Source: Geosiphon pyriformis uo1 | Lineage: Eukaryota > Fungi > Glomeromycota | Reading direction: 5' to 3' | Length of the DNA stretch: 64,000 nt | Assembly: GCA_016748015.1 (NCBI GenBank) | Contig: JAAOMT010000139.1 | Span: 62,946 to 126,945 of the forward strand | Shown here: in pieces, positions 39,849 to 54,100 of the stretch | How positions within the stretch are numbered: the first letter of the stretch is position 1 | Layout: every line of letters starts with the position of its first letter | The notes under the pieces: generated by a model | Database searches by the model: none | Seen by the model: only the letters and a program-made list of their open reading frames with translations | Told to the model about the DNA's origin: nothing | Made by a program: the position numbers and the translations under genes

Positions 39849-41369
39849 GTGTTAAAATTTCCAGTTTGGTGTTTTTTACTATGACAGAGTTGCAAGCTAT
39901 TTTGTTGGCACTTGAATATGTCTCTTTTTCTAGTTCAATTCAACTTTTCTCAAACAGCCAGACTGCTTTGGATGTTTGCAAATCAGAATTGGTTTTAATA
40001 TATTCAGACTTTCAAAACAGATGTTGAATTGAATGTTATTATATTGTGGGCATTATTTATAAAAAAAATTTGGATGTCAGTTGGCATAAAGTAAAAGATC
40101 ATTTAGGTGTTTTGGGCAATGAACATATTGATACATACATAAAGACTGCTTCTCTTTCTAATTAGTATCTCTCTTATTAGATTAAATAGCATTATGTCAG
40201 AGCTAGTGGTAGTATTGTTTCTGGTAATTCTAGACATTTTATTCATGATGTTTTCTATTTTATTTATCATGTATGCTAAGAGGTTCTAATTCTTAGGTTG
40301 TGGCAAAAAATCTGCATGTAAATATTGATTGGTTTATATTATCATCAGTATAGCATCTTGATTTTCATTTGGCTGCCAGTTTTACTAGTAGATGTACTGT
40401 TAGTGTTCATATGTATTTTATGAAGACTTTACATTACTGACTTTCTATTACTGTTTATAAGTATTTATACAACAAATGTTATCCCAATGTGATATGTTTA
40501 TTTTGTGGAGATGTTGAGGTCTTGAACCATGCTTTTTCTTGCTCATTTAACTTTGCTGTTTATGCTCAGTTATTGAACACTTATGTGACTGATTGGAAAA
40601 TACTTTCTGGTCTTTTTTATTCCTTTTCATGCATATTGTAGTTGTTGTTTTTCTGTGTTTCTGATATTGCAGTGTGTATGGCTCTGTATAAGAGTTTTGT
40701 TTTTAATGATTAGTACTAAGAGTTTCTTTCTGTTTTTAAGAATTCTAAGATTGTAAGCCAAAAAATTGTGAACTTTGTGCACAAATTTTGTCTTGTGTTT
40801 TAGAATAAAATCTGGTTGGCTTATGCTAAACACCAGACTTTTATGGAAAAAAATAGACTGATCTCATGTAATGAGTCAATTTCAATTTCAATAGCTAGGC
40901 TTTTTTTAGTGATTTTAATTAGTGTAGTTAAATTATTAAATATTGCTGAAGTTTTTGGTGTTAGTTTTGGACTACATAAATTTTATTTGTTTTTTTTAGA
41001 CATAAATAGCTTGGTTTTAGTTCATATAGGTGCTTGGTGTTGTCCTAATTAACCTAAATGGCTGGTCACATATAGAAAATGCATAATTTACACCTAGTTT
41101 AAATTGCCTATATATAATGTATTGTATTAAGCAGTGTTTAGATCTCACTTGTTAAATGTTAATAAAAAAAATATATATTAACAATTTGCCAATTAATAAA
41201 AATAAATACAGTTTTATTAATATTAATTAAAATATTATTAATTTTAAAAAATTTACTTATAATATTTAAAATATTTTAAGTATTAATATAACTATTACCA
41301 ACTTAAATAATATTATTAACAAAGATATTTATAGTTAAATAAAATATAAAATTTGTGTAAATACTTTGT

Positions 41370-43637
41370 CTTTTTAGTTTTATGATCATAACCAGTGCAA
41401 AGAATAAAAAAGCTATATTTAATATTTTTCTTAAGATATCTAATAAAATTTTAATCAGAGAAGCTCTTTCTATTGTAAAAGCTACTAAACAAATATTTTA
41501 AAGACTTTTCTTTTAAATATTTATAGTAAAAGATTGTTTTTAATAACTTTTAAAATATCTTTTTTATCTTTGACTAGTTCTTTACTAATCAAAGTTTTTT
41601 TAAAGAAACATACTTAGATTAGTTTTAGTATTGTCTTTACTTTTTTAAAAAGCCCAAAAATTTTTAATAACAAATCAGTTAACAAACTGGTTTTTTTTCC
41701 ATAGTTTTTATACTAGATACTACTAGTACTTCTTTAAAAAAAATGATTAAAAAAACCAAAAGTTTAGACAAGTAAAAACAGTTATTTACCTCTGCTATTA
41801 TTACATTCAACTTTTTTGTAATTCCTAATAAGATCTTAGATAAGATTTCTGTTGTATTATCTAGCATATTATTCAAAATAGATCAAAATCAACCATTAAT
41901 TGTATTGCCAAATATGGTTTTTTCTGACAAATTATTACTGGTTTTAAAAGCAAAATAACAGTCTCTTATTGGATCATTTGTTCTTAAAAACTGGACTGAT
42001 TAAATAGAAATTAATTCAATTTTTTCTTTAATTTCTGGTGTTATTACTGGTAATTTTTAGAAAATTATTGCTAATTGTCAAAGATTTGCTAAATAAATAA
42101 CTTCTACTTTAATGCTTAGTACTACTTTCAAGATTAAATTGGCTTATATTAAGACTGTTTTTCAGTCTGTACATGGTTTTTTAAATACAAAGTCAATATT
42201 TAAGAACAATGTAAAGCTTTTTTGTATAGAGTTTGCTTTTCAAAAGTCTTTAAAAACTGCTTTTTTGGTTGAGTTTATAAACTTTATTTGTTTAGTTACT
42301 CATAAAATTATCAAGTTTTTGGTGGTTTCTAAGTCTGGTTTCCTTTTTGCTATTGTTATACTGTATAATATACCTTTAAGTTTATTTGCTGCTAATATTA
42401 AAACAGTTCTTAATGTGTTTGGTGAAATTACTTATATTATGCTAAAACCTATTGGCATTTAATAATATGTAATTGTTTATTTTAAAAAACTAAACTTTGC
42501 TGTTTTTGCTTCAAATTATTGGTTAGTTTTAATGGACAAAAATAGTATTAAAATTCTCTCTTTGGTAAATAAAATAAGATTATTTTGTTTTGTAATAAAT
42601 TTAAGACCAAGTTGATTAATCTTTTCTCTGGCTGTATTGTCTTTAAAATCAATAATATAATTTCTCAAGTTAATAGTCAAACATGTTTTATTTTTTACTT
42701 TCTTAATTCTGGTTATTGTTCTTAATTTGCTCTGATTATATTTAGATATCAGATTAATTTGGATGCTATAGTTGTCAGAATTAATATGCTAAAAAAATGT
42801 TATATCTGATAGAAAACTTTTGGAAATTAGTACTGTTTTTAATGTTAGAGTTTGAATTATCTGGCTTTAAATTATAAGATGTCTTTATCTTTGTTTTTTA
42901 AAATTCTTAAGACTTTTGTTTTTTATATTGTTGACAACAAGTTTTATGTCAAAGCTACTGTTTTTGTGTCTTTTTTGGTTTTTTGTTCTTCTGTTAATTT
43001 AGTTTTTCTTATTAATATAATATCTAATAATTTTGTGATTTTTTCTTAGTTAATCTTTTTGGAATCTGAGTTGGTCAAACTTTCTGCTTTGATTAATTCT
43101 ATTGTTAAGCCAATTAATTCTATAATTAAAGTATTTGAATAATTTATTAATGAGAATTTAAGTTCAAGTAGTGCTCTTGGCCTTAAAATTAATAAAGTTT
43201 TAATACATATAGATATTTTTAGCAAGACTATTAGTAAGCTAAAATAGAAGATAATGACTTTAAAAACTGAGTATAGCTTTAAAAACATTGATATGTTTGG
43301 CTTTTATAGAAGTTTGTTTTTTGTTAATAATAATGTTTTTTCTAATTTAATGTCTCTTTGAGAACATAAATTTGCTATTATTAAGATTGATGCCATAAAA
43401 ATAACTAAATAACTGGTTAAATTAGTTAATAATAGTGCTATATTGTTTGAAATTATTCAAAAAATGTCTTTTTTGAATAAGTTTTTTTCTAAAATATTAA
43501 TATAATATAGTTAAATAGCTAATTATATGTAAAAAGTACATAAACTACACTTAGTTTAAACCTCTTAGTTTGTTTTAAAATCTTAGATAGTGGTTGAACC
43601 ATATTTATTAGAACTTAATAAAAAAAAATAAAAAATA
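41370..43637 (+). mobile_element. ORF1-only non-LTR element (HAL1-like), heavily decayed
   Basis: ~2.1-kb RRM-like plus CCHC (~42830-42880) coding remnant, followed directly by the LINE 3' motif (43511-43560) and an A-rich tail; no ORF2. Confidence 0.6.
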
Positions 43638-43639
43638 AA

Positions 43640-44648
43640 TTTTTTTTCTTTCTTATGTTCTAAATTCTTTAAAGAGCACATTTTTGAAAAAAAATTAATT
43701 TTTTTTTATTATTTTTTTGCAATATTTTTCAACAAATAATTTTTTTGTGATAAACTTGGTAACTGTCTTAGATAGCAATATGTCTAAAAAAAAAGTGCTT
43801 AAAAATATTTTTCACAGTTTTGTTAAAGACTTTTTCTCTTAAAAAAAAAGATTTCTGTTGGTAATATCAAACACTCTGATAATAAAAAAGATATTTTTTT
43901 GATCAAATCTGGTGTTGGTAATAGTATATATTTAAATATAAACAGTAAATTAGATAATAGTAAAGATAATAGTATTTTATTAAATGTTAATAATAACTCT
44001 TTTCTTGGCTTAATAGCAACTATTTCTAAAGCTAAAAGAGTGAATATTGATTTGAAATATAGTTTTCTTATTAACATAATTAATTATAGTATAGATGAAA
44101 ATAAAAAACTTTTTTCTCTCTTTTTCAATATTTCTTTAAATAAAAGATAGATTAACTTAAAAATTGTGAAAACTCAAATCAAAGTAGCTGTAAAAAAATT
44201 TTTTATACTGAATATTAATTTTTTGACAATAGAAAAAAAATCAACAATTATAAAAACTCAGATGATCAAAATTTTTTTTTCAATAATCAATGGTTTTAAG
44301 AGAGCCACTACTTTGTTAAAATTTGAAAAAATAATCAGATCTATATTTATATTAAAAAAAAACATAAGAAAAGCTGTATTATTAATTGAGAAAAAAAGAA
44401 TTATTATAAACAACAATTTTAAAAAACAAAAATTTTATTCAGATTGGACTGTGGTAATCAAAAAAATTTTTATAAATATGTTAAAAAAAATAATTATCAT
44501 AGTTTTTTCCAAGTTTGGTCAAGTAATATCAATCCAATTACAACTAATTAAGCTGTGACAAAAGACTATAGTAGAATTTGTCAAATTAAGTTAACTCAAT
44601 TAATTGGTATCTAAGTAGTTATTTCTAATTGATAAAAACTTAATATGT
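43640..44648 (+). mobile_element. LINE-2 of this window: 5' part (ORF1 fragment), ended by LTR element D
   Basis: ORF 44166-44558 is homologous to ORF 2736-3260 (SDW.VVIKKI..SKF). Confidence 0.75.
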
Positions 44649-46696
44649 TATTACCCAAGTAGAAAAACCAATTTAAAGTTATAAAAAAAATGTGACCAAA
44701 AACATAATGACATAAAATAACACAGAATAATACAAAAAAACACAGAATAATACAGAATAACTTAAAATAACATAATACAAAACTTGATAATATGTTATAA
44801 CACAAAATAACTAATTGAAACATAAGATAATTAGTAATAATATAGAAAAATAAGACAATAACAGAAATAGCAAAGCAATAACTAACAAGAATAAAACAAT
44901 TTTGTAAAACCAAAAAAAATGTATAAAAATGAGTAGTTGTAAAAGTTAAAAAAACAGCCAGAAAAGAATTAATTTTTCTTTTCCTTATAATTATTACATT
45001 TTATAAAAATAAAAGACTTATTTAAAAACTCAAAATCATTAATACATAGTTATCAATTATTTTATGCTTGAATTGAATTAATTCTTGTTTTATATTTTTG
45101 TTCCAGAACAAATGTTCTTAGTATAAATGTCTTGAACCCTTAATAATCTGAACCAATCACTCTTGATTATGACAATTGACAATATTAATTTATTTATTTT
45201 TATTTTTTTTTATTCTCTCTTATAAAGCAGCAACATAGAAAAATTGACTATCTGAAAATAGATTTTATAATAACCTGATAAAAAAAGGAAGCTTTTCCTA
45301 AGTTTGGATATTAATATTATTTTAATAGCTTATTAGAAGGGCAAAAAAACACAGCCAAATCCTAATAAATACACTTATTAGCTTGAAAAAGATAGCTTAT
45401 ATTCACATACAAGAAGTTACAATACCATAAAACATCTCTTTGTGCCTTATAACCAAAGAATTCCATGAGTAAATTCATATTAATCAAATAAATTTTTAAA
45501 GACTAATAATACTAATATACCAAAAAAGCCTACCAAAAAAAAATCATCAAAAGTTTTCTAAAAACCCAAATTTTGAGCACTAAACATTACTATTATACTT
45601 TACCTAGTTTACCTATAACATTTAGTGTTCTTTGTAAGATTATAAAATCCACAAAAACAGAGCACCCCAAAAATTTACAAAAGTAATGATTATTAAGACA
45701 GTAAAAAAAGATCACTTACCATATAGAAAATCCTTATTTCAATATTTTAGGAAAGACTTAGAGATACTATCAGAAACTATTAATGCAGAAACTAATTTCT
45801 GTTATTACTTGTATAACAAAATTAACTGTTTATTAAGCCAAGCAATGAACACAAAAAAACTCGAAAAACAAATTTATTAAAAGTTATTGACATACTTAAC
45901 AGAAATTACTACTTGAGTCATAGCTAAAACTCTTCATATAATTGATAAAAAAATTGAAGAATACATAACATAACAGTATTCTCAAGTAAAAGGAAAACAA
46001 ATAGCAAAGTCTGATTTTATAGAATCTGAGTCTGAATTTAATAATACAATAGTTGCATAAAAACAAGTCCAATTTACAGTTAACAAGAAATCAAGATTTT
46101 TTTTTTCAACTATTCTGTTATATTATCAGACATCAAAAAGTAGAATTTTATTTAACCAACTTATAGAAATACAAACAAAAACTCCTGGAACTCTGTATCT
46201 CTAAGGTTATAACAATCAAAATTCTTAGAAAAATACAAATTATTATTTTGAAATCTTATCTCAACAGCCAACCAACTTAGTGAAAGCATATTTTTTTGGG
46301 CACTACCACTAATACAGCTCCTAACAAAGTTAACAACCACTCCTACAAAAGAAATAACTATCTTGTTACTTATTAGTTTTAACAAAAAAAAACAACCAAC
46401 ATTAGCACTTAAAGAACAATATAATACACTACCACCAAACCTTTTGTTATTAGCAAGTCAACTACCTTTTGTTCCTTAAATAATAGCTTACTGAGATATT
46501 GTTAAATTGAAGAAATTCTCTAATAAAAAAGATAATATATATACTTGAATAGTAAAAGCCAAAAAAGCAACTATTGCTAACAATTAGGATAATACCAAAA
46601 TCATTTAAGTGCTGCTTTTTTTTTTGACAGGAACTACAGACTTCTGATACCAAAGTCTCAAAGAAAAACCAACTAGTTTTGCTGCTTTTAAACTTA
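44649..46696 (+). mobile_element. Truncated family-2 LTR element D (5' LTR 44649-45620, PBS, 5' gag)
   Basis: LTR and gag are homologous to element B; ends abruptly within gag. Confidence 0.85.
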
Positions 46697-49600
46697 AAAA
46701 CAACAGGTTATGGATCTTAAAAAGCATCAAACCATTATGCTTAATCAGATTTCTTTTCTATAAATACTTTGTATTTAGTTTTTACCATCTAAATTTTAAT
46801 ATGGTAAGTTGCTTTTAAGCTTTACACAAAATTTACAAATTTTTTACTGGCAATCTTAATACTATCAAAAATAAACACAGCTTTTAAGTATCATTTTTTG
46901 AACAAAAAGCCTTTACACAATATAGTATATACAATATTATCAGAAATACACAAAAAAAGCATCTGCAAAATCCAAAACAATGGTAGGCTTAAACTTAACA
47001 TGATACTCTACTGAAATAAAAGTGACCTAAGCAAGTTTTTGTGAATCTTAGAGTTTATTATACACACAAAAAAGTGATTAGAATTCTTTATTTTTCCACA
47101 ATAAAAACACAATATACTAGAATACTCCTTATATATAAATGCTTTTAAACAGTAACTAGTAGGTAATAGTGTAAAGCTTTTATAAAATACAAATACAAAC
47201 TAGTTGTAAACTTACTCATAAAACTCACTTTCATATGTAAATTAGGATGTAAAATTAAAACAATTAAACTCAACCCATATTGTTAATTAAGCTTTTATTA
47301 ACAACATCAAATGCAGATCTGATCTTCTAACAAACACAATAAACAATTCTAAAAATTCCATAAATAAAATAACAAATATTTTCAGATATTACCACATCAC
47401 CAATCCTAATAAATTTTTTTTTAACTAGAACAAAAAGCACTAAATTTAAACTAGTAGCTGAATTGGCTAGCTTATTAGTATATTTATTGCTCAAAATACT
47501 TAAATGTTTCTTAATTTTGTACCAAAAGATGTTAAGCTTCTTATCTCTAATAGAATTTACAATACTTTATCTTTTTATTTAATAACAATTGTAAAAATCT
47601 GGCAAAGCCAAATTCAACTTCATAGCACAAGCATTTAAAACAATCTGATTATTTAAATACATTACAACAGAACTGTCAACAAAAACACACTTCAAAGCCA
47701 AAACAATTGCCTGCAATTCTGTTATTATAGAGAAAACCAACTCATTAATATTAATACTAACTTTTACATTCAAGTTAAAAAAAAATGCAGCCATGTTATA
47801 TCTCATTTTATGCATATCCAAATTTCTTAAAAACCCATCTATATAGACATTAATGACATCTAAATCCATGTTAAAAATACACTGTATTATTTCAGAAATA
47901 TTACCAGAATTGCAAATGTTCAAAAATTCAGAATTAGCATCAAATAACTTAACAGAAAAAAGAGATACAAACCTGATCAAGAAATTACATATCAATTTAA
48001 ACCAACTAGGAACCAGATTTCTTAGATTGAGTTTTTTCTAATAGTAAAATGTTTTTTAATCAAAAACCAATTCTTTTTTATTATACAATTGATTAATAAA
48101 TGCAACTTTAAACTTCATAAGTAAACATAAAACCTTAAATTTTCCAAAACATTAAACATTAAAATGTTGCCTAAAAAATGCAATGCAGATAGAAAATTAT
48201 TATTAAATAATATATTATAATCCAAAAAAATCTTTATTACACTAATTAAAAAATTGTTAACCAGACTGATTCTTGGTTTTACAAGGTAATATAAAGGGTA
48301 AATAAAAGACCAACTCAGAATCTGCAAATCTAAAGATCTATAATCAAACAGACAACCAAAAATTCTACTAATATTTGAGAAATTCAACACAAAAGCTGTT
48401 TTATTCTTAAACTGTAATTGTTTAAATGACTTCAAATCATATAATAACAGATAATAAAAAATCTTGTTAAGAAAGTTCTTTGGCAAGCCAGCTTTTATTT
48501 TTAAATCTTTTTTATTAGCATATCTCACTTAATACATATATTTTTAAAGATAAAACTAAACTAAATTCTATAACTAACTATAAACTGCAATATAGCTAAG
48601 ACCAAATAAAAAAACTGCTTGTTTGAGACAGCTTTTTTTAAAACCAAATTAACAAAAAACCTGATATCTAAATAAGTCTTTGCTAAACTGAATTTGAATA
48701 AGCCTTTAAAAGACAAAAAATACCAAAATATCTATAAAACTTTCTTTTATATGCAACTAAAATAACAAATCACTAATTGATAATAAAATATTCTTAATTT
48801 TTTGATTGATAGAGATGATTATTATCTTATTATTATTGAATAAAATATCATTGATTTTAAAAAAACTATTTACAATATCTAAAATATATTAAGTAATTAC
48901 CTGACTACTTCTAATCTAAATTATGTTATTAACAAAAACACCAGTTATTAAAAATAAAGTTAATTTACCCTAACTCTTCAATCTGTTAGTCTTAACAACA
49001 AACTTAATATCAATACAGTAGTTATATAAACTCTTTTGTCATTTGACTTTACATAAGAAAGAATCATAAAAATTTTTTCAGAGCAAAGAAAAAAAAACTT
49101 CACCTTGGTCCAGACTATTGTACATATAGTACCCATTTGTTAAATTATAATTAATCATAATTTGATTGACCTTATTATCATAAATTCTCTAAAAAAATCG
49201 AATAAACAGCTTGCATATTTTAATCTTAACCAAACTATTTCTCAGATAATACCAAATTACAAAGTCATAAGCCTTTTACATATCTTGTAAGACTAACTAA
49301 AGCTTATGATTCTTTTCTAAAACATTCTCAACCACTGAACCAATGGCAAAAATAGAAAACTGAATAGCAATATCTTTTAATACAGAAAAATTGTCATTAT
49401 AAAGAACATTAAATTTATTATAAACCAAAAAGATTCTATTAGAAAGCAATTTGGAAAAAAATTTTTAAGTAGTCTTAATTAATATAATCAGTTTAGTATT
49501 AGTCAGAACACTTTTTTACTTATATAATTTAGAAATTATTGACACTTAAGTTTTTTTTTAAGGTTAAAATACAAATTTACATACTAAACAAAGATTTAAA

Positions 49601-50192
49601 AAATCCAAAAACATAATAAGTACTAAACTATTATAATGTTTCCATAATTTATTTATAATATCAGACAAATCAACAATCTTTCTATTAGATAGGTCTTTGA
49701 TCATACACACTAAGTTATTATAACTGATAATATTTATAATATTAGAAAATATAGCATTGTCAATATGAACCAAAGACAGATATTAATAATATCACAGATT
49801 AGGAATATTATTCAACACTTCTCTTTTTTTTGTCCAATCCTCCATAATAGCATCAACTTTAGATTTAATCTTGACAAAATTCAGAATTAAATCATTATTA
49901 GCAATTAAATAATCCAATATTACTTTATAGAAAAGATGCTTCAACACACTTTTGATTATATAGTTCTTGTTAACAGCAAAGCTCTTTATTTTTTTGTTGA
50001 TAGCAAATTTAATATTAACCTCCTTAATTCTTAAAAACTTAGCAAGTTTATAGACATAATATGATTTTCTTATATCATAAAAAACAAATCTTACACAATT
50101 AAAATCAGCACCCAAATCCAATAGAACCTGAATAATCAAAGCCTTATTATTGTTCAAAAATGTTCAGCAACTTATCAAGTAATTAAATTTGC

Positions 50193-51148
50193 TGTTACCA
50201 GACAAAATTAGAGATATTATTTAGCATGAAATTATCTTATAATTCTTATCATTAATTAGCATATATTATTGTTTCAAATTATCACTTATTACATTAGCAA
50301 AAATGTCCGAAATTATCATTTAATTAATAACCTAATTGCAATGATTAATCATGCAATACCCCGAACTATATAACATTCAAAAGTTCACCGAAATTTGTAG
50401 AAATTTGCCAAAATAATTGATAGTCACCGAAATATCTAATAGTTTGCAGAAATAACTTGTAGTTCGCCGAAATATATCTTTAGTTCAGCGAAATTGTAGA
50501 AAATAGCAAAGTTCAAGTTCATAGAATAGTGTTATGACAAGTTGTATAAAAGAAGAGCTTCTCTCTTCCAGAAAATGTATCTTACTTTAGATTTATCACT
50601 TAGAACTACTCCTACACACACAAAAAAAAATAAATATAAAATAATTCGAAAAACCAAAAACTTTTTAATTATTGCACTTGGAAAATTTTCAAAACTCAAC
50701 TAACGTTTTGAAATTGATTAGCTACCAATTTCAATAAACTGTTAGTGACTTCAGGCCTGAATTGAAAACGTCTCTCTTAACAGAATTCTATTTCTTTTAC
50801 ATTTTTTTTATTTTCTTTTTATTTTCTTACTATAATTATTAAGGTAGCCTACAGATAAGATTCCTGTAGAAGAGTTGACTTTCACAGCAAAGTAACTACA
50901 CATTTTTTTTAGTGAGCTTCCAAATGAGCATTTCCTGAGAAAGAGTTGACATTTACTACAATGTAACTACATAAAGCAACTGGCATGGAATTGGCTATTC
51001 TACTTATAAGCCCAGCAGTTCAAATTATAGAAGATAATTTGAAGATAAATTCAGTTACTGGAGGTTCAACCACATTCAGAAAACATGAATTCACAGCAAA
51101 CAAGCATCGACAATATTTAAGAAAAGAGACCAAAAACCTCCAGTAACA
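50193..51148 (+). repeat. 5' LTR of element E
   Basis: TGTTA..TAACA; repeat of 59086-60069. Confidence 0.95.
50383..50550 (+). promoter_or_regulatory. U3 array of ~6 GTTCGCCGAAAT-like motifs followed by TATAAA (50545)
   Basis: Motif array and TATA box present in all family-1 LTRs. Confidence 0.6.
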
Positions 51149-51193
51149 TTTGGTGTTCTCCCACAGTAACAACACAGCAAAAACAACTTCAAA

Positions 51194-54100
51194 GTGGTGA
51201 CCACACCAGACGCAACAACTCTAGAGTATTACCAGTCAATTTACACTTACTGCAAGTAAAGATTCAACATTTCAGACAGAATTGAAGTTGTCAAGAAATC
51301 AGTATACCAATATATTGAAAACCGCATCAACAATTATCTTTTTGGAAATTACAATATCTCAGAAGTTAGAAGCAACCTTTACAATAATTTAGCACACTAT
51401 TCACAATTGGGAACTGAAGACCTTAACAGTAAAACACTTGCCACTTACTTTTACGAACTTAATTTTAACATTATCAAATACTGTGAAGAAATATATCCAG
51501 TGCAGTTTCAATACATTATTGATTTTGAATCAGAAACAGAAACAAGCAACAAAGGCAAAAACAAATTGAAGCAATACTTAAGAACCACCCCAAATACTCC
51601 AACACTACTGAAAACAACTGCCAAATATTTACAAACACCTGAACAAGGAACCAGTTCAAAATTTCCACTTACTAACACACTTTTTCCAGCTTTACTTGCA
51701 CAAGCACAAACACCTAATTCACCCTTGAATTGATTTGCAAGACCAGAAGATTTTATATCACTCAGAAGTCTCACCAAACAACAAGAACCCCTGCAAATTA
51801 ATTCCAATCTTCTTGATTTTCTAGCTGAAAATCAAAGTGAACACTCTGAGACAGCAGCAAACAAAGAAAACGACTCTGAAATAACTAAAAAAGAATCAAT
51901 AAACAGTGAAAACAAAGAAGACAAAATGACAACATACATTGCAAAAATTCCTGAATTCAATGGAGAAGATATTGAGACCAGTTCCCAAGAATGGCTTGAC
52001 CAAGTTACTAAAGCTGGAAATGCAAATGGATGGAATGCTGCCAGAATGTTAAGAACAATTCTCTACTTTCTCAAAAGAACAGCAGGAGAATGGTTTGAAA
52101 ACTTGGCTGCCCCATTCAATGATTGGAACACTTTCAAAGCAGTCTTTCTTGAACAGTTCACCGACAATAATACCTCTATCACCCTTCGCAATCATTTTCG
52201 AAATATCAAACAAGAACCCTCTGAATCTGTTATAACTTATATTAGGAAATTCAACAAACTTCTCAGATGAATTCGTCAACTCGAAACAAATAATTATTAT
52301 TTCGATGCTCAAATCTTGGATCAATTTATTGCTGGTTTAAAAGATAAACTAATTAAAAAGGTTTGCCTACATGTGCCAGAAGATTTAAACTCTGCCATAC
52401 AGCATGCAAAAAGATATGAAATGGCCATGGAAGAGGCCAATCGCACAAAACTTGTAAATTTGACAATTAGAGAAACCAGCTTAGCAGCTGAGAAAAAAAT
52501 TGACCAATTCACAAAGAAAGTTGAAAACTATTTCACCAATTAACAACAACAGCAACCTCAAAGATATCAACCACCCCAAAGATGAAATCAAAATAATTTT
52601 GCACCACTTTCCAATAACCAGTCTCAGAATTGCCATTACTGTGAAATCTCTGGCCACTGGAAAAGAGATTGCAGAAAGCTACAATGAGACCAACAAAATA
52701 GGAGTAATCAATGTTATCCTTCACCACAGCAATCTTATTATCAACCACCACCACCAGCTTACTATCTACCAAGACTCCAATACCAAAATAACTATTATCA
52801 GCCTGCCCCACAGCCAATCTAACAGCAATACCAACAACTACTTACACAACATTATCAAGTACCTGCTTGAAAACTGATTACACAAAATCAATTCACACCA
52901 CAAAACTGATACCAAGTAAACAACAATAGAATCAGTTCAAACAACCAATTGGTTCCCCAAAATTCCACTCAACCAAGATCCAACCACTACTACATTCAAC
53001 CCAGTTATTTAACAATGCCAGAAGAACAAGATTTTTACCATACTGCACCCTTGGAAGGTAAAGCTGCAGCACAATAACAAAACTCTTCCTATACTCTTAC
53101 TACAATCCCACCAGCCAGAATTGCTAAAAACGCTAACCTTTTAGATATATTCCCTTTTGAGTTCAAAGCAAATGAGTCACCATTCCTGCTTAGCAATGCA
53201 GCCGCCAATGAACAAAAAGCAATCATGGCTATGTATACTAAAGCAGAAGTCGAAAGAAAGACAATTTGCTTGATCCTAAACAGTGGATCCGCCAGAAGCA
53301 TTATCACAAACCAGTTAATACAACAGTTGAAGAAAAATGTTGACCGACCAGCTCAAACAGTAATTGTCACTGCCAATAGCATGAAAAAGACCCCAGTAGG
53401 AGAAATTGACAATTTTCCATTTACTCTTAATGGAATCACCATTCCAGTCAAAGTTTTTGTAATGGATGCATCCCAGTACTAAGCTCTCATCAGAAATGAT
53501 TGGCTTCAAAAAGCCAATGCTAATTTGAATTGGGAAACACAAAAGTTAACAATCTCCTACCAAGGACAATATGCCTGGGTACCTGCCACTTGTGGTACAT
53601 TCAACAAATGCTCTGAAAAAGCCCCAGCTTTTGAATTTAAACTGGAAGAGGAAAAACCCCTCATTGAAACATTCATGGCTTTTGGATCAATGTCTAACTG
53701 GGCCAATGAAACAGAACAAAAACATTTTACCCCACACTCTGAACCCGAAACCTCTGGATGGAATATCTCTTACTCAAAACCCGAACCAAGGAAACAACAC
53801 CCCTATATTCCCCTTAAATGTAAGGACTATCACAAGAAACTATCATCAATGGGAGCCTGTATTTCACCTGAAGAAAAATATGAAAATCATACTTGTTATT
53901 ACTGCAAGGCTTGCCACAGAGAACGATGGGACCATCTAATAAAAAAGAACAGAAAATAGGACAATACTCCTTGTTTGACTTGTGGAGATATGCTACCAGA
54001 AAAATGCAATTGGATTGATGTAGCCATGAGAGGAGGAGTCTGTGATCAGACCTGCCAATATGCTTTATCAATTTCAGAAAAAGTAAAAAGAGGAACACCC

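Larger units (their letters stand above)
26278..41052 (+). pseudogene. LINE ORF2 (APE endonuclease, RT, RNase H, C-terminal zinc finger), interrupted by element C
   Basis: APE remnants CNIKGMN, ETKL, (G)DFN-like; RT DQ(G)E..(S)P and GAFVDDT at ~28563; RNase H VY(T)D(G)S ~29668, ELQAI, WHKVK.H.G..GNE..D; CLFCGDVE..NHAFSC at ~40494. Confidence 0.85.
2400..41170 (+). mobile_element. LINE-1 of this window: APE-RT-RNaseH non-LTR retrotransposon, decayed, in four pieces (2400-3475, 13289-13840, 26037-29766, 39849-41170)
   Basis: Reading frame continues across each LTR insertion (GS..G|GKTCVI; VPVVS|QSSLGC; LGLGV|..SLV..T.ELQAI); ends in a 3' UTR and A-rich tail near 41160. Confidence 0.85.

Noticed and set aside
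41054-41103. Hammerhead ribozyme in the LINE tail
   Set aside because: No CUGANGA core; only a generic hairpin is supportable
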